From Eledone cirrhosa (Eukaryota), in the NCBI GenBank assembly GCA_964016885.1, contig OZ024740.1, positions 184,140,001-184,204,000 of the forward strand: a stretch of DNA of 64,000 bases, in the 5' to 3' direction. How positions within the stretch are numbered: position 1 is the first letter of the stretch; each line of letters begins with the position of its first letter. Of this stretch, positions 37,311-51,912 are shown one piece after another. The notes beneath the pieces are model-generated. The model ran no database searches. It worked only from the letters and a program-made list of their open reading frames with translations, and had not been told where the DNA came from. The translations under genes and the position numbers were made by a program.

Positions 37311-39826
37311 CCATACATGGAACAAGGCTATCCTTGAAAACATTTTTAATATTTCGTCTTGATCTGTGCTGACCTGAAAATAAACAACAATAACTATAAT
37401 AACAGCAATAACCATTAATTACTTTCTACCTCCGTTATTGTGATTATATTTGGTTTTTCGTGTTCTTTATTTGTATTGATTATTTTCTGATTTTTTCACT
37501 CATAGTGAAATACGTATATAATATATCCGATTATTTCTTAAGACTATTGTGTGTGACTCGCGAGATATTTCACAGCTATTTCTAAGTACATCATTGACCA
37601 TCTAGCATCTCCGTTTTTGTTATTGTTGTTATTTTGCAATAGACCAGATCCAATTAACAAGACATATGATGAAAGGCGCTTGATGCGTAAATATAGTCAT
37701 CATTTCTGATGACTTACGTAGCCTATAGGCTCTTTCATTTTCATTATGACCCGAGAGAGATTTTTCATTCCTATTGCTAATAGGCTCGTGGTCACGTCGA
37801 AGCCTTTTCATTTTGTTATTGGATTATTTCGACAGTACTGATCCACAAGGTATTGACACTGTACCCAATGTTTTCAGATATCTTGTATTCTATTCTTAAG
37901 ATAGAGATGTATGGCGTGAAATATTTTCACTGTTATCTCTAGCAAGTCCTTGACCAGGTAAAAGTCGTTTCGTTGTGTTGGAGTTGTTTGTGTTATAAAT
38001 CAACTTTGACATCCTTTGTGGATAGTGTGAATAATCATTTCTCCATTTTTCATATTTCATTCAGTTATATTTTTATTATTTTCATCATTGTTTTCACAAT
38101 GTATAACTGTACCACCCTATAAGTGATTCTTTTGTTATATATTTGCATCAAATATTAATTTATATTTTGGCAGTATTTTCTCTTTCCTGCTGCTTATTTT
38201 TTCTTTCTTTTAGTTTGTTATTTCCTTTTTATATTCATAAAGTTGGGTCATATTACTTACTATTTATAAAATATAATATTGCACCGGAATAGCCTTGAAT
38301 GTATTTTTATCGAACTTGGCAAATTATACTAAAAATGTTTTGTCTAAAACTTCCTTTATAGGATCAACTTTGCACATTATGTGTTAGTAAGAGAAAAGGG
38401 GAAAAACAGATTTAATCTATTTTTAAATCTTGTGAATTTCTTCAGAGAAAATTGAAATAAAAAATGTTTATCTTCATTCCTCGTAAATATAATCAGAATT
38501 ATTTTTATGAAAACTTGTGATTGATACGAGATCATACGTTGAGAGTAATACAATTACAGCACGGCATAGTACCTATTAAAACTATACACACTATTATTTC
38601 TAGTTTTATTATAGTTTCTCTTTTAGCCTCGAAGCAAGGAATTTTGAAGAGAAGGGAAGTCAAATCCATCAACTCAGTACTTGACTGGTACCTAATGTTA
38701 TCGACAGGTGGAGGAATACTACCTCGGTGAAATCAACGTCTTTTCATGAAGATACAGTTTGAATTGATACATTCTAGAATTTGTATATTTTCTCATTAGA
38801 TTAGAAGTTAAAATTAAATGTTTTAATTGCTGTCACATCAAACGAAAACCAGAAGCTTGGGATATGTTATCCTTGTGTGATGGCAGGAACTGTTTAGAAT
38901 AGACTTGCCTTTCGTTTGGAGACTAATAAAATGAATGTGCCTTGTCTATCAAACCCTCTTTCTCTCTTTCTTTCACTGTAAATGATGTGTGCTTAGCCTT
39001 GATTAACGCTCATTTGTTGACTATATTAATTCGTCAAATTACCCATAAAACTGTAAGTTCGTCCTCTTTAATTAATGTAAATTGTTGTAGAACCGGTCAC
39101 ATGTCAGCAGATTATAAAACCAAGAGAAACATTTTAACACTTTTAAAAATCTTCAATATGCTTCCCAAGTTTAGATTCGTATTTCTGCTAGTCATTCCCA
39201 CTTAAAATTATATTTGATATGACTTTTCGTCAAGATACTAAATATTATTATTATTTTTTTTTTTTTTGCAACAAGAGAATTAAACATCCACGTGGTATTT
39301 ATCATTTATTATAGCATTCATTAATAATTACACAAAACCAAAGGCACACAACACATTACATTATTTTCATTGTAAATAATGTACGATGTATTTTGTGTAT
39401 ATTTTCTACGAAGTAATGATATGTTAACTTTAGGTATTGTAAATAGAAATGGATTATAATCTGTACGCAGTTTTCTCTGCTTCTTATTTAATAGACTGTG
39501 TTTTGCCTTCTGTTTCCTTTCTCTTACACACATTCTTTACAAATACAGCACTGATTCTTTAGCTGCCATTGTATTTCTTTTTGTTATTGTTAACATGGCA
39601 TCTTTTGCCGTGTTAGACGGCGCAGATTCGCAGCATACTAGTAGCATTCCTATTACAAACAGGTCCCTCTACTCTAAAATAAAATTTCAATATGGAGAAG
39701 TCGAACAACATATGCTTTCAGCGATAAACACTAAACATAACATACAGAGTCGAACAAACGAATAGTGACAAAAACAATTATCATACGAAGATTAGCAGAA
39801 CGGACATTGAAATGTTCTTCTGTACG

Positions 39827-41670
39827 GACACTAACAACACTGGCAATACTGGTAAATGCTACAACATTGGCAATAGTGGCAAATGCTACAACATTAGCAA
39901 TAGTGGCAAATACTACAATACTAACAATAGGGGTAAATGCAACAACACTAGCAATAGGGGTAAATGCAACAACACTAGAAATACTTGGTAAATACAACAA
40001 CACTAACAATAGGGGTAAATGCAACAACACTAGAAATACTTGGTAAATACAACAACACTAACAATAGGGGTAAATAGAACAACACTAGCAATAGGGGTAA
40101 ATGCAACAACACTAACAATAGGGGTAAATGCAACAACACTAGCAATACTGGTAAATGCAACAACACTAGCAACAGGGGTAAATGCAACAACACTAGCAAT
40201 AGGGGTAAATGCAACAACACTAGCAATAGAGGTAAATGCAACAACACTAACAATAGGGGTAAATGCAACAACACTAGAAATACTTGGTAAATAGAACAAC
40301 ACTAACAATAGGGGTAAATGCAACAACACTAGCTATAGGGGTAAATGCAACAACACTAGACATACTTGGTAAATACAACAAAACTAAAAATAGGGGTAAA
40401 TGCAACAACACTAACAATAGGGGTAAATGCAACAACACTAACAATACTGGTAAATGTAACACCACTAACAATAGGGGTACATGCAACAACACTAACAATA
40501 GGGGTAAATGCAACAACACTAACAATACTGGTAAATGCAACAACACTAACAATAGGGGTAAATGTAACAACACTAACAATAGGGGTAAATGCAACAACAC
40601 TAACAATACTGGTAAATGCAACAACACTAACAATAGGGGTACATGCAACAACACTAACAATAGGGGTAAATGCAACAACACTAGCAATACTGGTAAATGC
40701 AACAACACTAACAATAAGGGTAAATGCAACAACACTAACAATAGGGGTAAATGCAACAACACTAGCAATAGGGTAAATGCAACAACACTAACAATAGGGG
40801 TAAATGCAACAAGACTAACAATAGGGGTAAATACAACAACACTAACAATAGGGGTAAATGCAACAACACTAACAATAGGGGTAAATGCAACAACACTAGC
40901 AATACTTGGTAAATGCAACAACACTAACAATAGGGGTAAATGCAACAAGACTAACAATACTGGTAAATGCAACAACACTAACAATAGGGGTAAATACAAC
41001 AACACTAACAATAGGGGTAAATGCAACAACACTAACAATAGGGGTAAATGCAACAACACTAGCAATACTGGTAAATGCAACAACACTAACAATAGGGGTA
41101 AATGCAACAACACTAGCAATAGGGGTAAATGCAACAACACTAACAATAGGGGTTAATGCAACAACACTAACAATAGTGGTAGAATGCAACAACACTAACA
41201 ATAGGGGTAAATGCAACAACACTAACAATAGGGGTAAATGCAACAACACTAACAATAGGGGTAAATGCAACAACACTAACAATAGGGGTAAATGCAACAA
41301 CACTAACAATAGGGGTAAATGCAACAACACTAACAATAGGGGTAAATGCAACAACACTAGCAATAGGGGTAAATGCAACAACACTAGCAATAGGGGTAAA
41401 TGCAACAACACTAACAATAGGGGTAAATGCAACAACACTAGCAATACTGGTAAATGCCACAACACTAGCAATAGGGGTAAATGCAACAACACTAACAATA
41501 GGGGTAAATGCAACAACACTAGCAATACTGGTAAATGCAACAACACTAGCAATAGGGGTAAATGCAACAACACTAGCAATAGGGGTAAATGCAACAACAC
41601 TAACAATAGGGGTAAATGCAACAACACTAGCAATACTGGTAAATGCCACAACACTAGCATTACTTGGTAA
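39827..41670. repeat. 27-bp minisatellite, about 68 units
   Basis: Consensus ATAGGGGTAAATGCAACAACACTAACA with recurrent variants. The 9-residue periodicity of the overlapping ORFs (VNATTLTIG / GKCNNTNNR) confirms the unit length. Confidence 0.98.
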
Positions 41671-41680
41671 CTGCAATAAT

Positions 41681-41807
41681 TGTTTCTACTTTAGGCCCAA
41701 GTCCAGCAATTACCCAGTGCATTACTGGTACTTTATTTTATCGACCCCGCAATGATGAAAGGCAAAGTCAACCTCGGCGGGATTTGAACTCAGATGGTAA
41801 AGGGACG
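41681..41807 (-). mobile_element. 5'-truncated SINE with a 9-bp TSD
   Basis: TSD tgcaataat at 41672-41680 and 41808-41816. Confidence 0.9.
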
Positions 41808-43724
41808 TGCAATAATACTGGCAAATGAAACAACATAAAGACAATGTTTTACTGTCATCGACAACGTTGAGACTTTGGCCCTTTCTTAGCTGTTGAAAAA
41901 GGTAAACTATTGATCTGCAAACCTTATTAAAGATTCTCACCCACTACGATTGTATGACGAAGAGGACAAGGAGAAAGATGATGCATCTATGTTTCTCGAA
42001 AAAAAAGATGTTTCTTTTTTATATGCCACTGAGGAAGGCCGTTTGTAGTGAAACGCATTATGTCTGATATGCTTAACAAGACCAGTCGTTTGGCATCATT
42101 ATTTCGTTCAGTACTGAGTTAAGCTTAAGGTACACAGTAGAAGACGCAATGTTTACATATCTATTACCATGAAGTATGTGTGTGTGTGTGAGATTGCGTG
42201 CAAATATATTCATATACATATGTATGTATATATATACATATATATATTCCATTATATATGTGCTCAATTACAGCCATTCTTGGGCAACACAGCACCAACA
42301 TCAAGCGACGAGAAAAATAAATACCTATTTTAGTAATCCCAAATGAATAATAATTTAAACCATACCTCAGCCACGGTCCGGGTATATTTTCATATCTAAA
42401 AACATATTTACTACTCTTATTTTAGTGTAACATAGAAACATTTTAAATTAAAATCTCGCTCATATTATATCCTCGAGGTTTCATTTTCTCTTTGAAAGCA
42501 TCATTGAACTAAATATGTATGTATTTGTTTCGATACATTTGCTTATACAGCGACTATGTGAGTAAAATGTAATAATTGCAACACGTAAATTTTATAAAAG
42601 TTGTATATAAGTTTTTAAAATGTATATGAAAGTTATATATAAGTTTTCGAAGCTTCCTTTTATTAACTGATGATTATATTGAACGAAAAATGAAAGAACA
42701 GGTATTTAATAGTGCACCATGAGAAAAAGTAATTGTATTATTAATACATGTAGTAATGGGGGGATTTATAGGTGTAATCACACCAAAGTACTAGAATGTA
42801 CTCATCTCAATATCTCGTTTGAAATGTTTAAATATATTCCTGGGAGAAATAAAGTTGATGGAAATTCTTCTGAAATAGGTTTTACTGCAAACTAAAATAT
42901 AATATAAAAAATAGCCTCTTAATTTGATTTACTGAAATTGTAAAAAAGAATTGAACAGTCTTGAGGGGCATAGTGGCAATATTAATAATCATTTTCTAAT
43001 TCGCATTGTTTCTTGCAAAGTTTATTACTTTTATAATATGTAGATGGAAGTTGGACACAACGTGTTTCAAACTATTCATTGTGAAGAGAACATCTGCAAT
43101 CAATAGGTAAGTTATGAGACTAGCTTACAGCGATATCGTGAGCAAAACACTGCTCTTCTTCTCTAATACAACGGATATTTAAGCCACACCTATTACTTTG
43201 ATATATGACAAAGTTGTTAACACCTGATATGTAAGATTTTCATTCATTTTGAGATTGAGACATCGGACGTGGTAATCTTGATTTTCCGTCGAGTTAACAC
43301 AACCGCTTGGGCCATGAATGCATTTAGCGCAGTCCACTCCGCTGCATGCATTTTAGCCAAATCTCCTGCATAAGCATAACTTGTAGCATTCCTCTCACCA
43401 TCTTCGGATGTTCTGAAAATAGTCATGGTTACAGTTCTTTCTCCGAATCATTGGGTTATCTTTCTCGGAAAAAATAAGATTTCACTCCAGTTTTAAAGTT
43501 GATCTAAAGATTTTATGATCAACAAGGATCCATAGAATCCATTAAAGGTCTCAATGTCTGAGTTCAAATCCCACCGTGGCCTACTTTTAGTGGTAGACTT
43601 AATTCATCACTTTGTTTAATACCACCACCGGACAATTAGATGCCTTTAGCGAAGTCACTCTTTAGAAATCATTCGGGCCATTTCTCCAATTTGAAGATCT
43701 ATTCATCCCTATTCCACGAGCAAG

Positions 43725-43860
43725 GATAAGTGGTTAAGAAGTTTGCTTCATAGTCCTCGGTTTGATTCCACTGCGTAGTATCTTGGACAAGTGTTTTTAC
43801 ACCGAGTCAAGCCATAACTTGTGAGTGAAATTGAATATATTGGGAACTGTTTGGAAGCTC
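43725..43860 (+). mobile_element. Decayed SINE of a second tRNA-derived family
   Basis: agtggttaagaagtttgcttc...ggtttgattccactgcg...cttggacaagtgt: tRNA head followed by a CORE-like segment. Confidence 0.5.
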
Positions 43861-46789
43861 ATCAGATGGATTCTGACTGAATTAAAAAGTCCAGCATCGT
43901 CACCTTTTTATTTTGCTGACTCTTCTTGAGAATTACGTTAAAGGTACATGTATCTGTGGTATAATTCATGAGGCCGGCGTTCACTTGGTCACCGCAACAA
44001 TCGACCGAATATCCATCATCTTTCTCTCCTCATCCTACTAGTCTTAGAGGCGCTGAAAAGGGTCGGGGCTTTGCTCTTTTGCCTGACTTAGTAATAAAAA
44101 CGGAAACAAAAGACATTGTAAACTGTGTAGTGTCAATCATCTCAAACAACTAAATTAGTGTCTGCAAGAAATATTGAAAATTATGCAAAATGCCAGCCAC
44201 GTAGTTTTATTATCTAAGGCACAGCAAAATGCTAGAACCGGAATTTGTCTGAGAGCGATGTGAACAATCAATACAATCAATGCATTTATTTGTGTACGGG
44301 TTTATGTGCAAGACTGAACATATTTATAATACTATACTTTTTAGGAACAGCATGTCCATAAAAACCTATACTTCTCTCTGACAAACGAATGACTTTAATT
44401 GAAATGATATATTTGAACATATTTAATTACTCCTAAGATATCTGAGGTGACCACAAAGAAGAAATGTCAACACAATAAATATGTCTCTTGAACTTTTGCC
44501 ATTCCAAGATGGAGAAAGAATCATATGATACTAATAAAAAATTAACTGCTAGAAATTTATTACAAAATGTTTGAGAAGACAGACTCAATTCATTATATTT
44601 TATCAATATATTTCCGACCTCTTTCATAGCATCATTTTAAGTGTCATTGCATTCAGAATAGTAATAAAAAAGAGAAGAAAAAATGATTTAGCTATCGGCT
44701 GTTAGTTTCTATAGGAAGTTAAATAATAGGATTAAATTATATAATCCAGTATGTTTTAATGAAAGGGATATATCTAGCTTATAACGATTGCAATTTAAAA
44801 AATATATTAGAAACAGTTTTAAATAGATAACTAATCTAGATTTCTATAACGATTTTCTTTTCATTTTCTTAATTTTTGCCTCTTTTTTACAGCTAATATT
44901 TTATCTTGGTGGGATTTTGATTTTCACAGCTGGATTTAAGCATCTCTCTGATAAGCAACTATGATGAGAATGATCAAATCTATAGATTAACAAAGATATC
45001 AGATGTGTGGGTAGTGGTTTGTAACCTACCAGTAGCAGTGCATTATTTCTATGGTACCGCATTTGATTTCTCCTTCGTTTAAGACATTATGATTGCTTAG
45101 ATCTGGTCGGCCTAATTGAACAGATTTCTTAACATAGCGATTCCATCTGTGATTTCATCCCTTTGCCAGACTTAATGTATTTAAGAATAAGTTATTCAAT
45201 GTATCCATTGGTCATTTAGGTAGTAGCGTGAAGATGTCTAACACTTTTTTTCTGTTTATTATAGGTACATTTAGGAATGCCCTAGTTAAAATGTATAATT
45301 ACATGCTTTTATTATTGGACATTTATGGACCAGAGTTTTAACAGGTTCTTCAAAATCCTGGGTAGCTACATAGTTAATTTTTTTTCGCATTGCCTCAAAT
45401 GGCTAAAAAGGAAACTTATACAAAGCTGGGGTTCTTATGTGGAACAACATAATATTATTTTTAATTGTGGTGGCTGAGTATAAACACTGTATGAGTTCTC
45501 GGGGGAAGGGAGACAGGTATCTGAGTAATGATGACGTGACATCAGCCAGATTCAAAAAGCACAAGTCATGATAATACCGATAGAAAAAGCAGCGAACACG
45601 ACTGTTGTTGGAGTATTGTTGCTAGGGGGTATTTGAGGTGAGCATGTTACTGCTTTATATGAAATGTTATCACATTCGTAGTGAAAACATGTCTTATGCA
45701 TTTCTGTTTTAATTTTTACGACGGCACTTCTTTCAAAACTTAAGTATATTTAGCTGAATCTCGCTCAAATGCGGCATGGGAAGATGCGGCAATACTTCGA
45801 ATAAACTAGAAAATATCATTATTATTTGTTAACATAGGCTTCTTTGGTTTCATATATCAACATTTCAATAAGCTCTGCCATAGTTAAAGCAATACACATG
45901 CACACCTACAAGTATACGTTCATGTGAGCTTGTGCATGTATATAAACATATAACTCCCCCCTTCATCCTCCACGCACAATTACACACACACACAGTCAAA
46001 CTAATGTACAAATATATATATATACCCTGGTTCGATAATATAACTACAAGTAATGGGGTCGGTATAATTGTCAAATATACAACCGACGTTGCGTCCCAGC
46101 AAGGCTGCTGTCCAATGAGTGAAGACTGCAACCAATGAGGGAGAATACCAAGCTAACTACGTATCTACATACACACATATCAACTCATACGAATAATTTT
46201 CCTGAAGATAGAAAATGAAGAAGATGAAAAAATAATTTGAAGAAAAAAGAAAGAAAAATACATACATATACACAAAGATGTTCACATAGACATACACAGT
46301 CAGAAACGGAAAACCAACAGAATTCTACGAAAGTAATATTTAAAGAAACTAGTCACTGCCCAGTAACTATGTTTACAGCTGGAATTCTCTCGATAGTTAC
46401 ATCTTATTCTTCTTGTCTATATAAAAGTGACATAGTATCAACTTATTAACATTGATTTATCGATTTATGCACTAGAAGCAGGCTCCTTGTAGACAAACTG
46501 ACATAGCATATACCTTAATCATTTTCTTTCCACTTTCTTACGTAGTGCAGAGTCAGCGCTTAGCTGTTCAGTTTTTTTTTTTCTTTTTCTTAAAAGAAAT
46601 ATATACATATATTTTAACCAGACAATCTCTTATCATCAATATATGCAGAAAACGCACCTGTTTATTCTATACACATGCAAATTACACGCGTAGATGCATG
46701 CATCACCCGTGTATAAAATAGCATGTGTGTGTGTCCTTATATCAGAGTTAGTTTTTGTAACACCCTGTGTTAAACAGTGGAAGCACTCT

Positions 46790-47430
46790 ATGCTGATCTC
46801 CATCTTTCTCGCACAATGAAGGAGGAGGCATTACAGACCACAGACCTCTTCAACGTAAACCATTTTAGAGATAAAAACATGAACCACCCAGGTAAGGGGG
46901 CTTCTGTATGCAAATGATTGCGCACTCTTCGGCCATGCGCCACACAAAGAAACGTCGATGTGGTCATCAACGTATCAAGGGATACACATAAAAATGTTTT
47001 AAAAAAAGATTTTTAAAAAGCGACTCATAAAGAAAGTGTCATTCTTGTATAATAGGAAGGAAGTTTTAAAATCAAACGGACGGATTCACACTGAAATACA
47101 GAAAAGGTGGAAACGGCAAATATGGGACCGGAGGACTGCGGCTATGGCTGTGAAATGCTCATTATACTCCAAGAACTGAATGCAAGATCTACAAAGCAGT
47201 CATTTTATCCACAGATTTGTATGATGTTGAATCTTGGTTATTGTACAGAAATCAGATGAGAACATTTTATAATTTCCTCATGAGAAACATGCACAATTCA
47301 CAAAGAGACATTATTCCTGGACTACCAGAGAAAAAAAACCTGTTAGACGAGACATGTAACTCAATGTCATTTGAAAGATCATTTGCTCACGCCAAGGTGA
47401 AAGGCAAAAAAGATGTAACAAGCGTGCCTA
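46790..47430 (+). mobile_element. Highly decayed RTE RT fragment
   Basis: LFNVNHFR...GLLYANDCAL and KIYKAVILSTDLYDVESWLLYRNQ parallel the RTE at 14.7-15.3 kb. Confidence 0.7.
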
Positions 47431-48726
47431 CAGAGTAAAGAAACAAAATCCCCAAAACAAAATATTAGCTCAAAGCTTAATGATACCCACTTGAAAGAAT
47501 TAGTGAAGGCTGGCGTGTAAATTATTAAGGAGTCTGTGATTTAGTTACTGGGTTTGATGTTCCCACACGGAAAGCTTACATATATCAGATTATCGATTCA
47601 GTTAGACAGGAGAGTTAACAGGCTAATGGACAACATTTGGTGATAAATCTCTCTAAATAGAGTAGAATTGATTGTATTAAATAACAAAATAGTGATAAGA
47701 AACAGTAACCGCAAGACGGCGGGGTTAGTTAGTATATTATTATCTAGTGTTAGGAAAGCCATCTTACTCGACACTTCCGTGGAGTAAACTGTTCCCAATC
47801 ATTATTTAACCTAAATCACGACGGCTGTATTGTTTAAGTTAAAATACGTACTTCTAGACACAAGGAAATGAAAGCTGTTCAAGGGACACTACATGGAAAA
47901 GGCGTGGCTTAGTAACAAAAATGACAACTAAGTTATAGACAACCTACAATGAGCACAGTTGCCCTAAGTGTAACATGTTTCGCTTCAATATGAAGTAGCA
48001 TTTTGGTGGTTGGTCAAATTATGTGGCCACATTTCAATATCATTTTGAATCAGTCGCATTTTGAATAAGAAATTCCAATTGTCATTACTCCTGCTAGATT
48101 TGACTGCTGCATGTCAGTTGCTGAAGGTAGATAGGTGGAGAGATATCCCGCTTGAACTCGGACAGGGGAGATTCCTGTAGTTATGTGCGAACAAAGTCAC
48201 ACTGATGTTATCGGGAATTTGGGTGAAGTGGATTTATTAAATCGTTAAGAAATCCATGACAAATTGTTCTGACGAGGTAGGAAGAGTTAGTGTGAGGAAC
48301 ATCATTGTGAGAAAGCATTTTGTCTTCGTTAAATGCCACATCACCATCAAGAACTAAATAAAACGTTAGACAAAATAATGAGACAAATGCCCTCTGGATT
48401 TGATCAAATTAACATCCTATGAACATATGCTTGTACGTCATGGGTAGAAATTACAGAGGATATTTTCGTTTGGATATACAAGTAAATTTTTGATTTTTGT
48501 GGTGTTCCCTCTATTAGCCCTAGATGGCGGCCCACATATTTGCGCATGTATACAAAGATTATGTTTCACATCTTTTATTTCTTTATTTCTTGTTTCTATG
48601 TTTAATATTCCAAGTCACACCCTATGTAATATCTCCATTCTTTATTGAAATTTATTTTGGATATGTCCCCTATCCATTACCTATATACTTATATTAGGAA
48701 TCAGTATTGATATTATGAAGCAAGGG

Positions 48727-48935
48727 ATTGGCAAATCCATTAAAGCGTCAAAATACGCCTTGTGGTATTTATAAAGGTTCTTTATATTCCGAAATCAAAT
48801 CTCACTAAGGTCCGCTTTGGCATGCATCTAACTGTGGTCAATTGAATACAGTACCAGTAAGATACCGGTGTCGATTTAATAGACATTCTCTTCTCTCTAA
48901 TATGCTGGGCATGTGCCAACATTAGAAACTATTTT
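48727..48935 (+). mobile_element. Old SINE copy
   Basis: Degenerate head, agtaccagt core and tgtgcc...tagaaactatt tail. Confidence 0.65.
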
Positions 48936-49085
48936 AGTTTTAATTTGTTGAAGTCGGTGGAGCGTTGCTTGTTGATATTTGAGAGGCAATTGTTCATGTT
49001 TCGAAATATTAAGTTGAAGATAGCATTCTATATAAAGGCAAAAATAAAGAAATATGAACAACAGCAATAATAATAATAACAGTAG

Positions 49086-51910
49086 TTTCATTTATTGGCC
49101 TGAAGGCCGACATATACGGGGCAATAAAAAAACACAGGGATAGTGGGGGTTTAAATATACAACCTGTAAACAATATAAATAACAATGACAAAATAACAAT
49201 AAAAATACAAGGAAAATTCCACAATAGGGGGGATGACCACCCAGGGTTCACTCAGGTAACCAACCAATCCTGAACGACTCGACGTTTCGAGATCACCCGG
49301 GAAAGGCACCCCTCTCTTCCTCAAATTGACCCACCTACAGGGGCATGATCAGATAGGCCCACTCACACAGACCATTCTCGCCACATTAACCCACCTTTCA
49401 GCAAATGTACTGGGGAGCAGCATTTATCTCTCCTCTCCACCCACACCTTCCTTTCCAATTGAAACTTGAAAAAGTTGATGAGGGTTTGGCCGAAGAGAAA
49501 AGTGTCTGTCTTCAGTCTTTCGACCTGGTTTACTATACAACCTCTTTTGCTACTGCCAGCAGACAGAGGAAAATGTCCTGCCCTTCCTGGCCAAAAGAAA
49601 GCGGCGGGTCGATCTTCACTATGGCCTCGGCCGATAGCTGGATCCGTTCTACACGCGACAACAGCTGTTCGACATAATTTCACAAGTCAGTAATACACGG
49701 ACACTGGACGAGTGCGAGAAGAACCGTTTCGTGGCACTATGTGCATCTCGGACAGGTTCGTCTGACAGCACTTCCGTGCCTGTAGAGCTTACCTCGAACC
49801 GGCAGTGCCCCCCGGTAACACTGCCAAGCGAGTGAATTTTGGAAATTATCCGTCGTCCCGGATCGGAATTCCTCCGGAACAGACTGGTTAGTTCGACTTC
49901 GTCGACGCCTAGAACCTCTCCGAGTGCGTCGTCGCACTTGCCCACCACTAATCCTCTATAGAATTCGAGAGTGGAAGTTCCACTGACCGCATTGTCCGCC
50001 TGATAGAGGGCAGTGAGTGCCTGGCAACATTCCAGATGCCAGTTACCCAGGCTCGGTCTCTTCTTGACCCAGGACTGCAGCTCAGTCAAAGAGATGTCTG
50101 ACAAATGACGACCACACCTGTTCACGGTTTAGGCAGAATATCTGGAGATCCCGCAGCCTCAGCGCATGTCTGCAAATCTTTAGGCACGGCATGCCCAGCC
50201 CTCCACGTAGAGGTTGCTGGCAGAACCCCCACCATCTATTGTTGACGACTCCCCGTGTCAACTTTTTCTTAACTAAATTGTTGACCCGGTCCCTGTAGGC
50301 CTTATGAACCGGAATGACATGTTCAGCTTCCAGTTACCAGGTCCTAACCTACGCGTCTTATCTAGGCCGACCACACAGATCAAAAATTGCGATCTGAACA
50401 GGCGACCGTATGTAATACTGGCGCATTAGGGAAATATAGTCGATACCTGTCAGACAGTTGGAACTGGCTGATCAGGTGCTGGAGGCTTTTGCACCCCCCG
50501 CTCATATTGGATACTCCCACACAGTCCCAGCGTTCGTCTAAGATGCCGTTCCAGTCTCCCGCTAACAGTAAAGAGCGAGACGCACCCAGAAAGGCTTCCA
50601 GGCGTCTGAAGAAATCCGGCCGTCCTTCCCCAGTAGACGGCCACCTGTCTAAAGGCACAACCTTCGCTATTGTTCACATCCAGGACCACCAACTTACCGT
50701 CCGAGTCCCGGAAGATCAACCTTACCTCTAGATCTAAGCCTTTTCTAAACAGTAGTGCCACCCCACCTCCCATTCCCGGCCGACTAACAGATGCGAAGAT
50801 CTGATAGTCGTCGAAAATTGGGGCTAGTGCGCGCGTGTCGGAAATTCTTGTCTCGCTGACATCCATTTCTTGAGAACTGAGGTCGTTGAGCAGGTGACCC
50901 TGCTTCCAGGGCGATCCCAGGCCTCAAACATTTAAACATCCAACTCTTAATATGGTCATGTTGGCAGGCTAAAAGAGATAGGAAAGGTTTACTTACCTCC
51001 CGGGCTCTTGTGAAGGTCGAGTGGTTCAACCTCTATAGTTGGTGGGGTTTCTTTTGGGAACCCCTTTAGAAGCGTACTTGATGATTTTAGACTGAATGTT
51101 CCCACATCATTGGGGAAGCTCGCCCTAATTGTTTTATAATTGCTTAGTGCCATTCGCAGCAGCAAAAGTATTTGTGGCACCTTGAATGTGCAGGTGTTAA
51201 ACGCCACCCCGTCTTTCCCTATTTCCTTACTTCGAGTTTCATTAGATTTGTGTTCGATTTCTTCACTAACACCAAGTTAGGTGTTTTTGCGGTTGTAAGT
51301 TGTTGCTGTGTGTGTGCTTTTTTAGTTGTTTGTTAGTGTTTGTGTCGACGGTTGTGTTGTTGCGGGAGTGGGTGTTGAAGTATCTGTGTCTGTGTTTGGT
51401 GCGAATGTGTCTTTTTCGTTTGCTGTTTGTTTTGGTGTGTGAGATTTCTTCTTGTGTTTTCTTTTTTTCTGTTTTTTGGCTTTTGGTGTTCCTCCTCATC
51501 TTCGCTCAGTGATAAAGAGGTTTCTGTGGTTGTGTCAGATTTAAGAGGCAGTACATGTATGGGTGTATGTGTGTGTTTCAATGTGTGTGTGTGTGTTCGA
51601 GAGGGAGAACTTATTTGGAGTGGCCCCTGACTGTTCTTGGTGGATTTTGCAGTTGTTGTTGGTTCTGCTGGTGTTGCTGCTGCAGATTTTGTCGTTGGTG
51701 CTGTTGTTTCGCGATGAGACCCAGGCGTCGGCAGCAGCGGACACGTTTGACGCCTTGCATTTTTCAACAGCTGAGAGCAGAAGGCTCGCAAGCGTGTGAT
51801 TTTCGCCGCAACCGATACATTGCAGCCTTTTGCCCTAGCCATCACTTGTAGAGCCATCCCGTTTTGAAGGCGGATCTGCACCGGGATTTTCTTTATTTCT
51901 TCAGCTTTGA
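49086..51910 (-). mobile_element. Tx1 copy, 5'-truncated, RT core deleted
   Basis: Homologous to the ORF1 C-terminal half, endonuclease and 3' end of 16113-21921. VVNNRWWG is joined directly to CQQPLRGG near 50225. The 3' end abuts a (TTA)n-like tract. Confidence 0.9.
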
Positions 51911-51912
51911 TC

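Noticed and set aside
39827-41670. CRISPR-like array or mucin/LRR gene
   Set aside because: Units are contiguous with no unique spacers, there are no cas genes, and frame-shifting units occur.
42025-42062. CTGAGGA...GAAACGCA hammerhead-like motif
   Set aside because: Stems I and II do not pair.
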